Shown here: positions 51,515 to 64,000 of the stretch, one piece after another
Numbering within the stretch: the first letter of the stretch is position 1
Layout of the letters: every line of letters starts with the position of its first letter
Assembly: GCA_010405405.1 (NCBI GenBank)
Contig: MU004240.1
Location: forward strand, 138,316-202,315
Reading direction: 5' to 3'
Length of the DNA stretch: 64,000 nucleotides
Source of the DNA: Microthyrium microscopicum
Lineage: Eukaryota
Program-made: the position numbers and the translations under genes
Notes under the pieces: generated by a model
Seen by the model: the letters and a program-made list of their open reading frames with translations, nothing else
The model's database searches: none
Told to the model about the DNA's origin: nothing

Positions 51515-52888
51515 CTATTCGGCCTCGCTTTCGCTCTCACTTTCCATGACAGGACTATTGTGCTCACTTTGTGCAAGGCCTTGCAGGAATTGACTTTCGA
51601 ATTCGGCGTCTTCGTCGAAGTCTTCTTCATTGGCCAAGTCAGCATGACCATGCGCAGGTGATCCAAGTAACATTGGCTCAACATCGCCGTCGCCTTCTTC
51701 GCCCTCGGCGTCATCGTCATCCGGATAGTGTCGGTTTCGATGCTGAACGGTAGGACTATCATCCTCACTGACGTCGGCCTCTACATTATCAAGGTCAACC
51801 GCAAAATCGTCCTCGTACCTGTCACGCTTAGGCGGTGTATGTATTTGGCTGCTGGGGGAATTGGCGGCAGACCGGAGGGATATAGGACCGCCGTGTGACG
51901 ATCCAGGTAGCGTCACGGCACGCTGCCGCCGTGGGGGAGAGTCACCAAAATCAATTTCAAGACCATTGTTTCCTCCAGTTCCATAGTCATCATCGGCAAA
52001 GTCGTCGTCCATTTCTTCCACATCTGATAATTTACTGGCAGGAGGTTCTTTCGGCGACAAACTTGGGGAAGGCCCTTTGACAACAGGTACTTCAAGTTCA
52101 CGGCGCCCTTTGATGTCGCTCTTTTGGGTCCTCTTCGATGTAGGCTTAGGGTCTTCGTCTCGCGTTGAGGCTCTGCGATCCATGCGTATCTTTGGAGCTG
52201 GACGCCGTTGTGTAGTGCGCGCATTATTGCTCTTTCCCTCCGGATTGGAGGTTGCACGTTCTCTGGGGATAGAATCTGTGTCCTGAGTATTGCTTGTGGT
52301 AGGTTTTGGCTTTGAATTGTAACTTTCTTTCTGTTTTGGTCGTTCTACCAAATGATGTCGAAAGTCGAAGGGATTGTTTGGGTCGGCATCCGCCATATCG
52401 TCGTTAGCCAAGTTATTGAGGCCGTCATCATCAGACGATGGTTCGCTTTGTTCCAAGAGCTGTGGATACTGCTCACTCAATTTGGTCCCGTTTTTCTCCC
52501 AGGGTGTTGATCGTAAGTTGAATGAATATTCGGCTACAAGGGGCTGAAGAGTGAAGGTTTGCGACGCTGGGTCAAAAACGAGAGCGAAAGACTTTTTGCT
52601 ATTTTTCCGGTGGCCATCATAATGGTAAATACTCCGACCACCGCTTTCATCGTCCTGAATGTCTAAAGAGCTTGTACCGGCATTAGCTTTGAGTTTGGTG
52701 GTTCGTATCGTACCCGGTGATTGACTTGGTTTGTGGTTCAGTCGGACGGCGGAAAAAGGAGAGGAGCTGGCATCTCCGTTGAGAAGATCATCGGAGATAT
52801 TGAGAGTGTAATGGGACTTTCGATGAGGGTCAACACTGGAGGAGGTATGAGGAGTTGGTGTCGTGCCGAGAGGGGACGCCATTAGCAT
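51515..52888 (-). CDS. Transcription elongation factor Eaf (ELL-associated factor) N-terminal domain protein
   Basis: N-terminal beta-rich block (RLNHKP, YHYDG, FALVFDPASQTFTLQPLVAEYSFNL), DPNNPFDFRH, GPISLRSAANSP, acidic tail ESESEAE*. Confidence 0.75.
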   Translation of the reverse strand: MLMASPLGTTPTPHTSSSVDPHRKSHYTLNISDDLLNGDASSSPFSAVRLNHKPSQSPGTIRTTKLKANAGTSSLDIQDDESGGRSIYHYDGHRKNSKKSFALVFDPASQTFTLQPLVAEYSFNLRSTPWEKNGTKLSEQYPQLLEQSEPSSDDDGLNNLANDDMADADPNNPFDFRHHLVERPKQKESYNSKPKPTTSNTQDTDSIPRERATSNPEGKSNNARTTQRRPAPKIRMDRRASTRDEDPKPTSKRTQKSDIKGRRELEVPVVKGPSPSLSPKEPPASKLSDVEEMDDDFADDDYGTGGNNGLEIDFGDSPPRRQRAVTLPGSSHGGPISLRSAANSPSSQIHTPPKRDRYEDDFAVDLDNVEADVSEDDSPTVQHRNRHYPDDDDAEGEEGDGDVEPMLLGSPAHGHADLANEEDFDEDAEFESQFLQGLAQSEHNSPVMESESESEAE

Positions 52889-53465
52889 TGGGGTCGACTA
52901 GAGTCGAGTCGCGACAGCTTGGAGAGATCTCCAGAACAGAAGCGAACAATAAGAAGAAGCAGTTGGGATATAGAGGCAATGAAGATCAAGCTGATGGGAA
53001 GCGGTATGTTGATAACAGTCCATGTAGTTGAGTGTTGCGGTTTGTTCACATGTAGACACGGGCTGAATTGGCGAGGCGAGGAGGAAGTTAGAGCGCTCCA
53101 ACTTTGGTCAGCATCATCCCAGAAGGAACTGGTCCGTGCAAGACAAATTAACTATGTTTATACAGAGCTAAAAGAGCTATTCTAGGCGTTGGTATAGCTT
53201 GAGACTATTTAACAATTACTAGCGCACTTAGTTACATTAAATGCTAACTTCACTCCTTCCTCCACTACATACTATGGAAGAATGGAGTGATTCTGACCCC
53301 ACAGTCTGGTTGCTTTTCTCTCTGATTGTTACTCTGTTGCACTGCCTTATAGAGGTACCACTGGCCATGGATCGTACCAGCTTGGTCTTAGTCCTCACAG
53401 TGCCCGCAATGAATATGTGATCAAGAACAGCATCTGCTTGAAATACAATCCTATGTTTGACAGCT

Positions 53466-53978
53466 TCACTTTGGATCCAGATTGTAGTTACTTGGCTCGC
53501 GCTTGCAGGGTGTGCAAACTCCCGGCTGTAACCCTTGACGCTTCCGTTCCTCCTGTTCGCGGATCCGTTCTTCCAGTGCTATTTTATGCTTCTGCAGAGC
53601 CTCCTCCGATGGGCGCTGAGGTCGGATCTCTTCTGGCGGATTAAAAAGATGCTCCTCAGGAACATCGCGTCCATCGACGCCACGATATTTATCCTCTTTT
53701 GCTTGATCGAACGGAAAGCGATCTAAGAAGGTCTTGATCTGTGCAGTTGATAGGCGCACTGCATCAATAACTTCGAAAGTGTCGGAGTTCCAGTGCCGAA
53801 AGACACCATCTGTTCCAATGCAGGTAAAAGCATGGCCATCAGGCTCCTGCTTAAGTGATCGGAGGATTGTGGACAACTCTGCTCGCGCTTCTGCTCGAGC
53901 CTGTAGGGCAACTTGTTAGTCAATCCCAGTCAAAGATGTCTAGTAATCATAATCAGGTGGTCATACTTCTTCTGACAT
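53466..53978 (-). CDS. Small conserved fungal hypothetical protein, 2 exons
   Basis: Micro-exon MSEE, intron GTATGA..CTAAC..TACAG, then IGTDGVFR, EVIDAVRLS..QI, GVDGRDV. Confidence 0.75.
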
Positions 53979-54950
53979 GTCGTCTTAAGTTTTCAGAGTA
54001 TCACTTGCTGGGTTCGCAACGAATTGTTGGACTGATGAAAAGAAGTGCAGCAGAGGAAGAAGGGATCTACAGATAAACCCACTCATACTTATTATGTGGC
54101 AGCCTACATAATTCTATGTCCCTTTCGCTTTTGCCTCCATATTTTTACTGACATGATACATGTAGAGTTGTGGCAGTGATTCGTTATGACAACCAGAAGA
54201 GCGAAGCACGATCTGAACTTGGATCTCGTCAAAGCATCGAAGATTTTCCACTCGGTGTAGGCGTACAAGTACGTAAGATGCCTTATTCACGTCCTCCTTG
54301 AGAATTTGAGACTGAAACAGAGCCGTTCAGATCCCACGGCTTGGTTGGTCCTATCATTGTTACTCCCATAATGCAACCGTTTGTAATGGCTGTTGTGCTT
54401 GCTGTCACTTAGTATTACTTCTACTCTCCGGTTTCGTAAAGTTTTGCGGTTTCTCTTTGGGTCATCCAGCAATGTCCAGAGCGGAGCAGCCTACCTATAA
54501 GCGTATAGCAGATTGTGAACACCACAAGGACAAAAGACGATAGCGTTTTTGTATTTGTTTGGGTTTAAAGGTCCCAGCAGACTACATATCGTAGTTTACG
54601 TGCATCACAATTGCATTTCACTGACAGCTTCTGAGCTAGCAAACGTAGAGTACTCTACTCTATATTCAGACAGAGGCTTGCCAATTTTCCACCCCCATCG
54701 TGTACAGTATTACTTGCCAGGTATCTGAATTCTGGATGCAAGGGCAAGAAATACTCAGGAAGGAACAAATAACAAAAATAATACCGACTTTAATTCCTAG
54801 GCCGTTCTAAGTAAAGGTACAGATAACAGACATGCATTATCCAACCGAAATAAAGCTCGTAACGTCGTGAGATGCTGCATGACTCTTGGGAACCTGCCAA
54901 TATTAGAACATCAAGAGAAACAAAACCCGAAAAGCGTAAAGCAAAACACA

Positions 54951-55668
54951 TCATTCCTGACCCGACTTTCTATGTGGAGCCTTGCTTCTCTTGGGAATAT
55001 TCTCATGGTGAAAGTTCCGCAGATGCTCTCTTAAATGATCACGACGTGTAAATCCGCCGTCTCCACGCCTTGGGCAGCCATCCCAAGTGCAATCGTACTT
55101 CTTGTTCCTGTCCCTATTATGTACACATTCAAAGTGTCTGTCCTTGTCCGCTTTTCGGGCAAAGGCTACGTCACAGCCTTGCGATGGACACTTGTACTTC
55201 TTACTGCACATGGTAACTTAGCAGCGAGCTTTTGCATTTACCGACGCCACCGCCGTAGAGAACCACGGGGACGTACCTAGGGGCAGATTGTGCCTTGCCA
55301 TCCTCCGAGCCAGGACTGTGGCTATCCTCATCTAGCCCTGAACCTGCAACCGACTGTCCCAGAGGCGATTGTGGGTATGCTCCGGGTAGTTCAGCCGCAT
55401 GGTGAGGGTGCAAGGGAGACGTTGGCCCGCTGCCCGGTATGATGGGCCGCATCCAGTGATCTGTAGCGGGAGATCGATCGCCAACTGTATGATATGATTG
55501 GCTCCAAGAGTCGAGCGCATGATGCCCTCCCGCACCAGCGCCATCTGTGTAGTATCTGTGATGGCTACTCAAATCACTATAGCTATGATATGGATAGCTG
55601 TAGGCCGGGTCGGGGCGAGCGGATGGACTTCCGGCATGCGAGTACAGGGGTCGATTGTATTGATCCAT
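54951..55668 (-). CDS. C2H2 zinc-finger transcription factor (two C-terminal fingers), 2 exons
   Basis: Intron GTACGT..CTAAG..GCAG ~55276-55205; YKCPSQGCDVAFARKADKDRHFECVH and YDCTWDGC..FTRRDHLREHLRNFH. Confidence 0.88.
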
Positions 55669-56807
55669 GCGACCGTCTACTGAATATGGAGAGGCATCTG
55701 CGTTTATGCAGTCCTAAACAAAGTTTTAATAAATAAAGTCTTGTCGGCAAAAAGTCGACTCAGGGATACTCGCAGATCGTACCTCACTACCCAGACTGCT
55801 ATTGGTTGGGTAAGACATTCTAGGTAGCCTAGTCTATGCTCGAATACAAAAACGAAGAGTTAAAAATGCAAGAGGGCGAACAGATTGGGAGTCCGGATGC
55901 CTGATGGCGGCAGCGAAGCTTGATAATGTGAAGCAATCCAGAACGATTTCCGATCAAAGTTCAGCACATTCAATGCGGGGCGTTACTTTTGAATATGCCT
56001 CAACCGAGGGTCTAACATGGCAATTTATAATGCAGGCGAGATAATAGCCCAAAGCTTGGTGCAAGAGAACTCGTAGCAATTGGTTGATTGGTGGGCAATT
56101 CGGAAGTTGGGTTGAATCGACTTGGTTGGGAACTCCATCGACTGCTGGCAGCCGTCTAAAACATCCAACAGAGTCTTTGCAATACCTGAAACTCTAGGCC
56201 TTGAGTGGTCCAACGGAATCCGAATCAGGCTTCGGAGACAATCGCAAAGAGCAAAGCCAGCTAGGGGTATCGATCACGCAGGAGACGTGTCCGTCCATGA
56301 CGTATCCGTATAGCGTTGATTTCCCATTATTTTCTTACTACTAGTCCACGGTATACTGTGAGGCCAACAAGACAGCGAGGGTTGAATGGGGTGAGGCCGG
56401 GTCAACAGCGCGAGACTAGTCGATCGTCACCCAAACGGCAGGGGAAAAGCAACATGGAAACCATCGTCCGAGCAGAAGGAGACAAGAAAGCACTGTTGAC
56501 GTGCTGTGGAAAGGAGTCTAATTACTAGCATGCAGCATCAACCTGTCCTATACTTGAAGAAAGCGTCGTGAGAAGTCGGGTCCAGAAGGCTTCCAGATGG
56601 TCCCGTGAGCTATCCGCGGCCAAGGTCGAACCCAACTGTTGGGTCCTGGATCGTTCTGAGAATACGAAGAGAAAACTAGAAAAGCTGTCAGAAGCAGGCT
56701 ATCAAGTATGACAACTTGCAAAGCGCTTGCAGCCGGCTAAAACCGCAGTAAAGGGCCTAACAACGCTTCTTCTGCAATCTGCATGGTATACTTAGTCTGA
56801 CAAGCAG

Positions 56808-56839
56808 CGACCACGACCACGACCGCGACCACGACCACG
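56808..56839. repeat. (CGACCA)n hexanucleotide microsatellite, about 5 units
   Basis: cgaccacgaccacgaccgcgaccacgaccacg. Confidence 0.8.
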
Positions 56840-57486
56840 CACCAGACCTGGCAGTAGCGCACGCTCATCTTTAGTTCGACAGGCTTGTAGGGGGTCCGAT
56901 CATTTGGAGAAAACTCCTTCACCTCAAACTGAAGGCTTGGAGCGAGAAGGTAACCTAGAACTCGTGGCGGACTCTGATTGATCGGCTATCACAACCGCTA
57001 ACAGGCAGAGAGGAGCGGGCCGAACCGGGTGCCTGATTGCCTAGTTGCTGCTGAGCCTCTAAGCCGCTGGGAAAGCGAATGGATGAAAGGAGAAGTCTGA
57101 CATGAAACCAGACAAGTGATAAATTCTATAGGCGTCTAGGTGAGAAAAAGACACACGCAGCCTATTCTATGACCTAGATGCAGTTAACGGTGGAGCAATC
57201 CTTCAAACAAAATGCGGTGAGTTTGCAGAGGAAGAATTTGGAGAAATCTGTAGGGGGTCAATGAAGTACAACTGCATATGCTGTGTGACCGATGAACGGC
57301 TAGGGTCATAGTCACATGAGGCTCTATTGAAAGTCGTGCTGTTAGGAGCTGAAGAAGACCATGGCCGAAATGTATTTGCCTATAGACCAGAGTGGTGAAG
57401 TTCATTTCAACACTGCAATACAACACAGCTGCTACAGAAACAGAAACACGTAGCACTGTTGCACAAAACTTCCATCAATACTGCGA

Positions 57487-59530
57487 TTAACAGTCGTCCT
57501 CTAGGAATTTGTAGTGAAACTTGAAGTCTGCCTTCCTGCGGTTCATCCTGTTCTTTGAGTCAGCAAATGGTCATAACAAAATCCCGACAGCCTGGATGCT
57601 GGTGCAGGCTACCAGTGATGTACAGATGAAACCTCTAAACATACCATGTGCTCTCGTAGTCGAAAAAGCGATAAGTACCCTGCTCATAATCCTCCGTGAT
57701 GTCCTTGGGCTCTTCGTGCCGCTGGAACCACGTCTGATATTGTTTGTGAAACCGCCAGCTTTGGGCTTTGAGAGCTTTGGCTGCAGCATACTGCTGATAG
57801 GTCCCCTGTTTGTAGTAAAAGCTGTAGAACAGCGTGTCCGTATCGCATTTACTGTACAGTCGAGGATCATCAAAGATTGATAGGGGCTCTTGTGGGTAAT
57901 GGTTTGGAGCATATGGATAAGGATTCTGGGGCCGATAGTGTTGAGGGCGTTCCGAGTCAATGCCATCAGGGTAATACTTGCCACTAGCGATGAACAGTCG
58001 CTGAGTGGTAGGATCAGTTAGAGGTTGGAACGCGGACGCTTTGGTTGCCTCAAAAGACTCGAGCAGGTCCGAAAGATTTGCCGGCAAATGGAAAATGGAC
58101 TCTTCTTCCTCGGCGTCCGAGTGTGTGTCACCATTTGTCAGTGAAGGCGTTGAAGGCGGCATTGTTTCTTCCACCGGCCGCTCATCTGAGCTCTTTTTGG
58201 ATGCTTGTTCTATTATTGGGGCATTTCTTATGTTCTCATTGGCCGCAGGCGGTGTCACAGACGAAGCTGTAGCTTTTGATTGGCTTTCCGGCGGAACAGG
58301 GTGAGAATGCACCGCGGATGGCGATGAACTCGGAATAGACTGGGCAGTAACATGTGCTAGCGCTGGTGATAAACCTGTTGCTGACGTTGTGTCTCTTAAT
58401 GGCGGAGGGAGAGCTGTCAAGCCAAGTCCACTCTTATCACTTGCAGCAGCAGCAGCCGCAGCAGATGCATATTTGAGTGGTTCCCCCGTTCCTCTTGTTG
58501 GTAAAGGAGCCGGTTTGGCGGTCGTTGGCGGTGGTCCACTCGAAGTTGTCGTAGGTATAGGTGGGTGTAGAGTAGCCAGGGCAGGTAAGGGTGATTTCAT
58601 TTGGGTCGATGGACGTCTTGCAGCAGCAGTGGATTCCGACACCGACGTTGACTTTGGTTTTCCTGCTCCCACGCTTGCTTGCCGTGTATCAGCTTCCACA
58701 GGGTCATCCGCTATCGATTGTGTGTCGTGTGAAGAAACATGGTCCAATTCATTCTCCAGTCCGAATTGCTCGTCAAGTTCCTCCAATCCTAATTCGTCGT
58801 AAATCTCATCGTCTTCCATGAAATCAACCTCCGTATTGTTGTCCACATAATACCGTATGTTGTCTTCCAGTTCTTTCAGTCTATCTGGCGACAAAAGTCC
58901 GTTTTCTAAAGCTCTTAGTATGCGCTCTAGAGTGGTGATGTGGAAGTTGTGCTGTTCTAGTTTGACGTCGATTTCTGCAATTCGCTCGGCCTTAGAAGTA
59001 TCTTTCTTTCCCTTCTTCATCGTTGCGTTTACACTTTCTTGCTCTGCTTCCATCTGCTCAACCTGTAGCTGCAGATCTTCCACCGCTTGCTGCGTGAATT
59101 CAATGGCTTCCACCTTCTCTCGCTCCTTCGGATCCAGCTTCGCCGCGGCCTGGAGACCTTCTTTGCTGTATGCTTTCGTCTTCATTTCTTTCTCCACCGC
59201 TTTGAACTTTTCCATTTGCTAGATCCGCATGTTAGCCTTATTCAGTGATGCCACAGCATTGAGTCCAAAGTCTACCGTTTCTATCAACTTGCGCTTCGCA
59301 AGCAGCTCCTTCTTGTCCTTGATCTCGCCACTTGACGCCCATTGTTTTATTTGATCTCGTGAGCGCTGAAGCTTCTTGATTTCCTTCTTTAACGCGTCTT
59401 CCAGCTTCTCTTTCTGTGACGGGTTTGTACTCGATTGGATCTTTTCATGGATGTCTTCAAATTGTTGCACGCCTTCTAGCACCTTCTTGAAGCATTTCTC
59501 AATCTCATTCTGGAGTTTCCGCTGAGCCAT
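57487..59530 (-). CDS. NOT3: CCR4-NOT complex subunit Not3/Not5, 3 exons
   Basis: [54 protein letters not shown]-box [35 protein letters not shown]; last exon [20 protein letters not shown]. Confidence 0.95.
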
Positions 59531-60211
59531 GGCGATGATAAACCAGCGATAGGCTGATTACAGGACAGGAGAGGGTTCAATGTGATGGCACGGCGTGTGA
59601 TCAGCCGCGCGTCGGTGGATGGATTAGTTCAGCCTGTGGGAGAGCGGGGTGTTTTGATAGAGATTGGATATCGAATAGGCGATGATAGGGCCGGAGAAGA
59701 GGTGCTCGAGGCAAAAATAGCTGTACCGTAGCTTTTGGGGACTTGTCGCTGTTTGGAGTTGTTGCGACATGAAGGAGAGAAGTGGTGGTGTTGGCAGAAA
59801 GTAGTTTAGCGCGGTGCAGCTGAAGCCTGTACTCATTGGACGCCTCAGCAATAATGGCGAGAATCCTGGGCCGTGCGCGTGTCTTCTTCAACATCAAATG
59901 CAAAGATCAGACGTTTATCTTGTAAATCTTCGCTTGCAGTCATTTTGCTGTTGCTTTTATCTGTGATTGGTTTGTCTTTTTGGCTTTGTGGCTGCTACAA
60001 TACAGCCGCACAAGCCAAAGCGCAATCTCGCCATCATCGCATCAACTTGCCTAGGTCTCTCAGAAGTTATAGCGATCGGATCCATTGTTGTCGACTCTTG
60101 CTACGCGGCTGGACGGGTCATATTACCACGTCAATAGTCCACACAGCTCTGGTTCCATAATCTTGGTTTCTCAGATTGGCTACATCGCTGATAGCGATCT
60201 GCAGCAAGGTG

Positions 60212-60991
60212 ATGAAGGGTACGATAAGATTCTCCATATTGAACCGCGTAAAAGAAGTAGCCTAACATATGTTTTAGTAGTACTTCAGCGGGTCAAATCC
60301 GCATCTGTTAGCGTGGATGGAAAACTGATTTCATCTATTGGCAAAGGTGTTTTGGCATTTGCCGCAGTGTCAAAGAATGATACCATGGAGGATGCCCTGA
60401 AATCAGCAAGCAAACTTCTAAAAGTACGACTTTGGGATGATTTCGAGGATGGAAAAGAGAAGAGATGGCAGAAGAGTGTTCAAGATGTCGGAGGCGAAAT
60501 ACTTTGTGGTATACCTGCCTTTCTGTACCGATCTTAATCGCCCACTGACGCAAGAAATAGTTTCTCAATTTACGCTACTGGCGTCAACCAAAAAAGCTAG
60601 ACCAAGCTTTCACGCCTCAGCTGAGCCTGCCAAAGGAAAGGAGCTCTATACCGCCTTTTTCAAGAGAGTACAGGAGTTATATGAAGCTGACAAGGTCAAA
60701 GATGGTATCTTTCAGGCCATGATGGACGTTGCCTTGATAAATGATGGACCGGTAGGTTTAAATTACACGTCACTCGACGGAGTGGTATGCCCTTCAATCC
60801 AGTATATGAAAGGTTGGCTAATCTGGTTGTTCTAGGTAACTCTAGAGATTGATACGGACCCGCCTCCATTGGACTTGCCCAAAGATCCTTCATCAACATC
60901 CTTCAAGGGAAAGGTAAATTTAGAAGATCTTGGTGAAGAACTCAAGAAGTTCAGTGCCGAGTTCAAATTACCAGCCGAACTATTAGAATGA
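60212..60991 (+). CDS. DTD1: D-aminoacyl-tRNA deacylase, 4 exons
   Basis: MKVVLQRVKSASVSVDG, VSQFTL, DGIFQAMMDVALINDGP. Confidence 0.95.
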
Positions 60992-61558
60992 GCTTTCGTA
61001 TTGAGGCTGCATTATCACTACGACTGCTCCACTCAGGCGGTTAACAATAGACGTCGACAGCGTCGAACGTTTGACACCACTGTAGCTACAAGAGTTCATA
61101 CGCTGGCGCAACAAACAGTGAACACGCAATACCTCAGTGCTCAAAACTGGTCAAGAGCTCCAAGCACGCAGACCGCACACCGCAGACTGGGCCTGAATGA
61201 AGAGACAGGCATGAAACAAAGCGCCAAGAACGATGACGGAAATTCCCGGAAACCTATGCCAACAGGGTCAATCACGTGGAACACCTGCAACCACGGTTGA
61301 AATTAGTTTGGCCACCCAACTTTCGAACAACTCACTTCACCTCCATCCTCCTTGCTGTCGATTCCTACCTGCCGCTTTCTCTTTTAAAGCATCCTGCGTT
61401 AACCTCGCTTTCCGTCATGCACAATCACCGAACCCTCTACACACATAACCTCTTCAAGTCGCCCGATTAGCGCAAACCCACAACCGCAGTCCTCCGCTTT
61501 ATCAATACATTAAAAGGTCATCTTATTCGTACCAGTAGCTCTCCAAGCGACATCAACT

Positions 61559-63190
61559 ATGTCTCATAACATAAACCCGGAGAAAAAGTCAGGCAAGAAT
61601 CAGCTGCGTCGACAAGCACTGGAGAGTGGCAAAACTTTGTCCCGCAAAGCCAAAGCCAGACTTGAATCAGCATCTATCGCATCATCTCCGTTTGCTTCTC
61701 CGGGCGGATCAAGAGCTGGGTCTAGAGCGCCCTCACGCAATAACTCTGCGCCTCCATCTCGAGTGCCTAGCAACGCAGGTTCCACTGATGGCGATGAAGC
61801 TGACGAAGATAATCTTGAAGTGTAAGATAATGCTTGCCTTGTTATGCCAATTCGTTATATTTTGTCTAACTTGCCAAGGTCCTCAAATTCCTTCTCCGTC
61901 GACTCTACCGATGCCGCATTTACCCAGCTCTTCAGCTCCTTAGAGGACCGAGATTTCTGGAAAGGCGATAGTCAACATCGTGTCGCTCTTATACGCCGCT
62001 ATGCAAATTCCATCGCTAACAGCTATTCTATCTTGGATGACAAACATGATAAGCTGCGGGACATGATGCCAATTCTGTTGCGCTGCATTAAAGAAGGCTC
62101 TGCGGGAACATGCACCGAATATGCTTTACGAGCTCTTGCTATCACGGTAATTGTCATAGGCGATTACGATGGCGAGCTATTCATGGAACTCAAGGACCCT
62201 CTGCAAATCTGCATGTACGACACCGCATCCGCAGTCGGCCAAAAAGCTGCCGTTCAGGCCATGTCTGCGATTACATTCTTCGGCGGTGCAGATTATCAGG
62301 AAGTAAGTTCCTTTATGGAACTTCTGTTGGATATTGTCGAATCCGACGGCGAGCAGGTTGAAGCTCTGGACGAGGCATCTGTCGTGGCATCTGCTATTCA
62401 AGAGTGGGCATTTCTGAGCACATTAGTTACCGTCGACGTCAACCAATTCTCCCGCGCTTTGGAAGCGTTTGGAGCACAGCTGGAAAGCAACGCGCCATCA
62501 GTCATCCAAGCGGGTGCCGAAGCAATTGCACTCATCTACGAGTCTGCCTATACTCTCAAAACATCCGGTGACGAAGTCGAAGTATCCGCCCAAGATGAAG
62601 AAGAAGATTCCAAAGTCCATCCCACCTATCGCAAAGCTAATTGGGCACACACCCACACGTTCCGGAATGACAATGACTACGCCATCAGAGAGCAGCTTAA
62701 GATTTTGACCAAGACACCCCTGCGCCACGTCAAAAAAGACCTGCGTAAAGATCTGAAAAACCGCTTCCGCGACGTTCTACACGCACTCGACTACCCGTGG
62801 CGTGGCCCGCATTACTCCACCGCTATGGAAGCCGAGAGTGGCGACCACTATGGCCATCGCATGTACATGGGCGGTATGGTCATTGACCGCTGGTGGAAGC
62901 TGATCCGGTACGTGACTGTCCGGCGCACGCTGCAGCATGGAGTAGAGGCACAGGCGGCGGATAATCCGGCAGTTCAGGATGCGTTGCGGAATTGCTTGGA
63001 GGCGCCTAGTCGGTTCCGAAATGTCAGTCATACTGGTCATGCATTGTTGGATCGCGAGTATGAAGAGCATGTGCCACAGCAGCCTAACTATGATGATTTG
63101 CCTTCCGATGAGGATGAGGATGAGGAGAGTCCTGAAGAGGATGAAGATTTGGAACTTCATGGCCGCATGGGTAAGCTGCGTGTTCGTTAG
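61559..63190 (+). CDS. Interferon-related developmental regulator (IFRD)-domain protein, 2 exons
   Basis: LRRQALESGKTLSRKAK, ALRALAIT, TFFGGA, LLDIVESDG, QEWAFLST, AGAEAIALIYE, RGPHYSTA, IDRWWKL; intron ~61821-61878. Confidence 0.85.
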
Positions 63191-63660
63191 TTTCCCTCTT
63201 TCGGTGCAAACGACAGTACTATATCGCTCATTGATAAATGCTTTGCTTGTCATTATGAAGCACTCATGTACATACATATGAATGCTTCTGTTATCTGCTA
63301 CTTTCCTTCACATGCGTTTAACTAGTCACATATTTGCAGAATGCACCAAGATTGGTTACTAAGAATGAATTGTTTCTTAATACTATCGTACAATTGCCAT
63401 CATCCATCATTTTACATCGAGTGATCGACTTCCCTTAACTCTATACTCTCATTGTTTCGAGTAAAGGATACCCAAGCCCCTCAAAACACATCAGAATCAA
63501 AAAAGCTAATGTGCTTCGTGTATTACACGAACGTGATTGTATATCGTCCGATTCCGTAACATGCCGAAGGATTTTACTGTTGTCGGTGGATGCCATCTAG
63601 GCATTATTCATTCAAAAGTGTTGTAACAAGTGTGATGAAAATTCGCAAAGCTCGTACTGA

Positions 63661-64000
63661 TTACGACTCGTCGTTGTCTTCACCATCCGGAGCACGATCT
63701 TTGCCTTTGTTGACACGACTCATCTCGCCATCGCCATTCACATGTGCGCCAGAGGCAGTCGCTCCGTCTGACGAGCCAGCGGTTGCACCCTTAGGTGTTG
63801 CTGGATCGCTCGTGGGAGTGGCGTCGCCGTCTGTAGCACCTCCACCATTTTCGTTTTCCGCTGCTTGTTCAGCCTCGATGCGTAGACGTTCTTGTTCGCG
63901 CTCTTCTGCTTCTCGACGAACGCGCTCGACTTCTTCTGCGGCGCGCCGTTCACGGTCTTCCTGTAGATGTACTGCGCGCTCGCCAATGCCGGGCCACAGA
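63661..64000 (-). CDS. 3' end of a gene truncated by the window edge (charged coiled-coil tail)
   Basis: Open frame LWPGIGERAVHLQEDRERRAAEEVERVRREAEEREQERL...KGKDRAPDGEDNDES*, stop at 63661-63663. Confidence 0.7.
   Translation of the reverse strand, partial: LWPGIGERAVHLQEDRERRAAEEVERVRREAEEREQERLRIEAEQAAENENGGGATDGDATPTSDPATPKGATAGSSDGATASGAHVNGDGEMSRVNKGKDRAPDGEDNDES

Noticed and set aside
63738..63986. 82-aa minus-strand ORF from the track
   Set aside because: Wrong frame; the neighbouring frame is open from the window edge to 63661 with coherent coiled-coil composition.

Overview
Fungal (Pezizomycotina, probably Dothideomycete-like) nuclear DNA with short GT-AG introns. About 22 protein genes are supported: an MscS/EF-hand channel, a GPI-anchored Ser/Gly/Pro-rich wall protein, three tandem DUF7918-like paralogues, an MHYT protein, DUF3984, PEX19, UBC9, CCT3, RPC1/RPO31, an FHA protein, an EAF-domain protein, a C2H2 factor, NOT3/5, DTD1, an IFRD protein and several hypotheticals. 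Two ~3.2 kb AT-rich blocks (1-~3370 and 41852-45018) have no ORFs in the track. Manual translation that reverses RIP-type C>T/G>A changes shows both are dead two-gene PIF/Harbinger transposons: a minus-strand DDE transposase convergent with a plus-strand Myb/SANT-like ORF. The second has perfect 17-bp TIRs and a 3-bp ATC target duplication. The most interesting observations are: (i) the two divergent Harbingers share a near-identical 35-nt block inside the same transposase intron and a ~33-nt upstream motif; (ii) a two-exon, 53-aa, 8-Cys zinc-finger microprotein missing from the ORF track; (iii) the three DUF7918-like genes all end in SUMO-interacting-like motifs; (iv) long introns that fold into extensive hairpins (introner-like). 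Exon boundaries and family names come from manual reading and recall, not from database searches.
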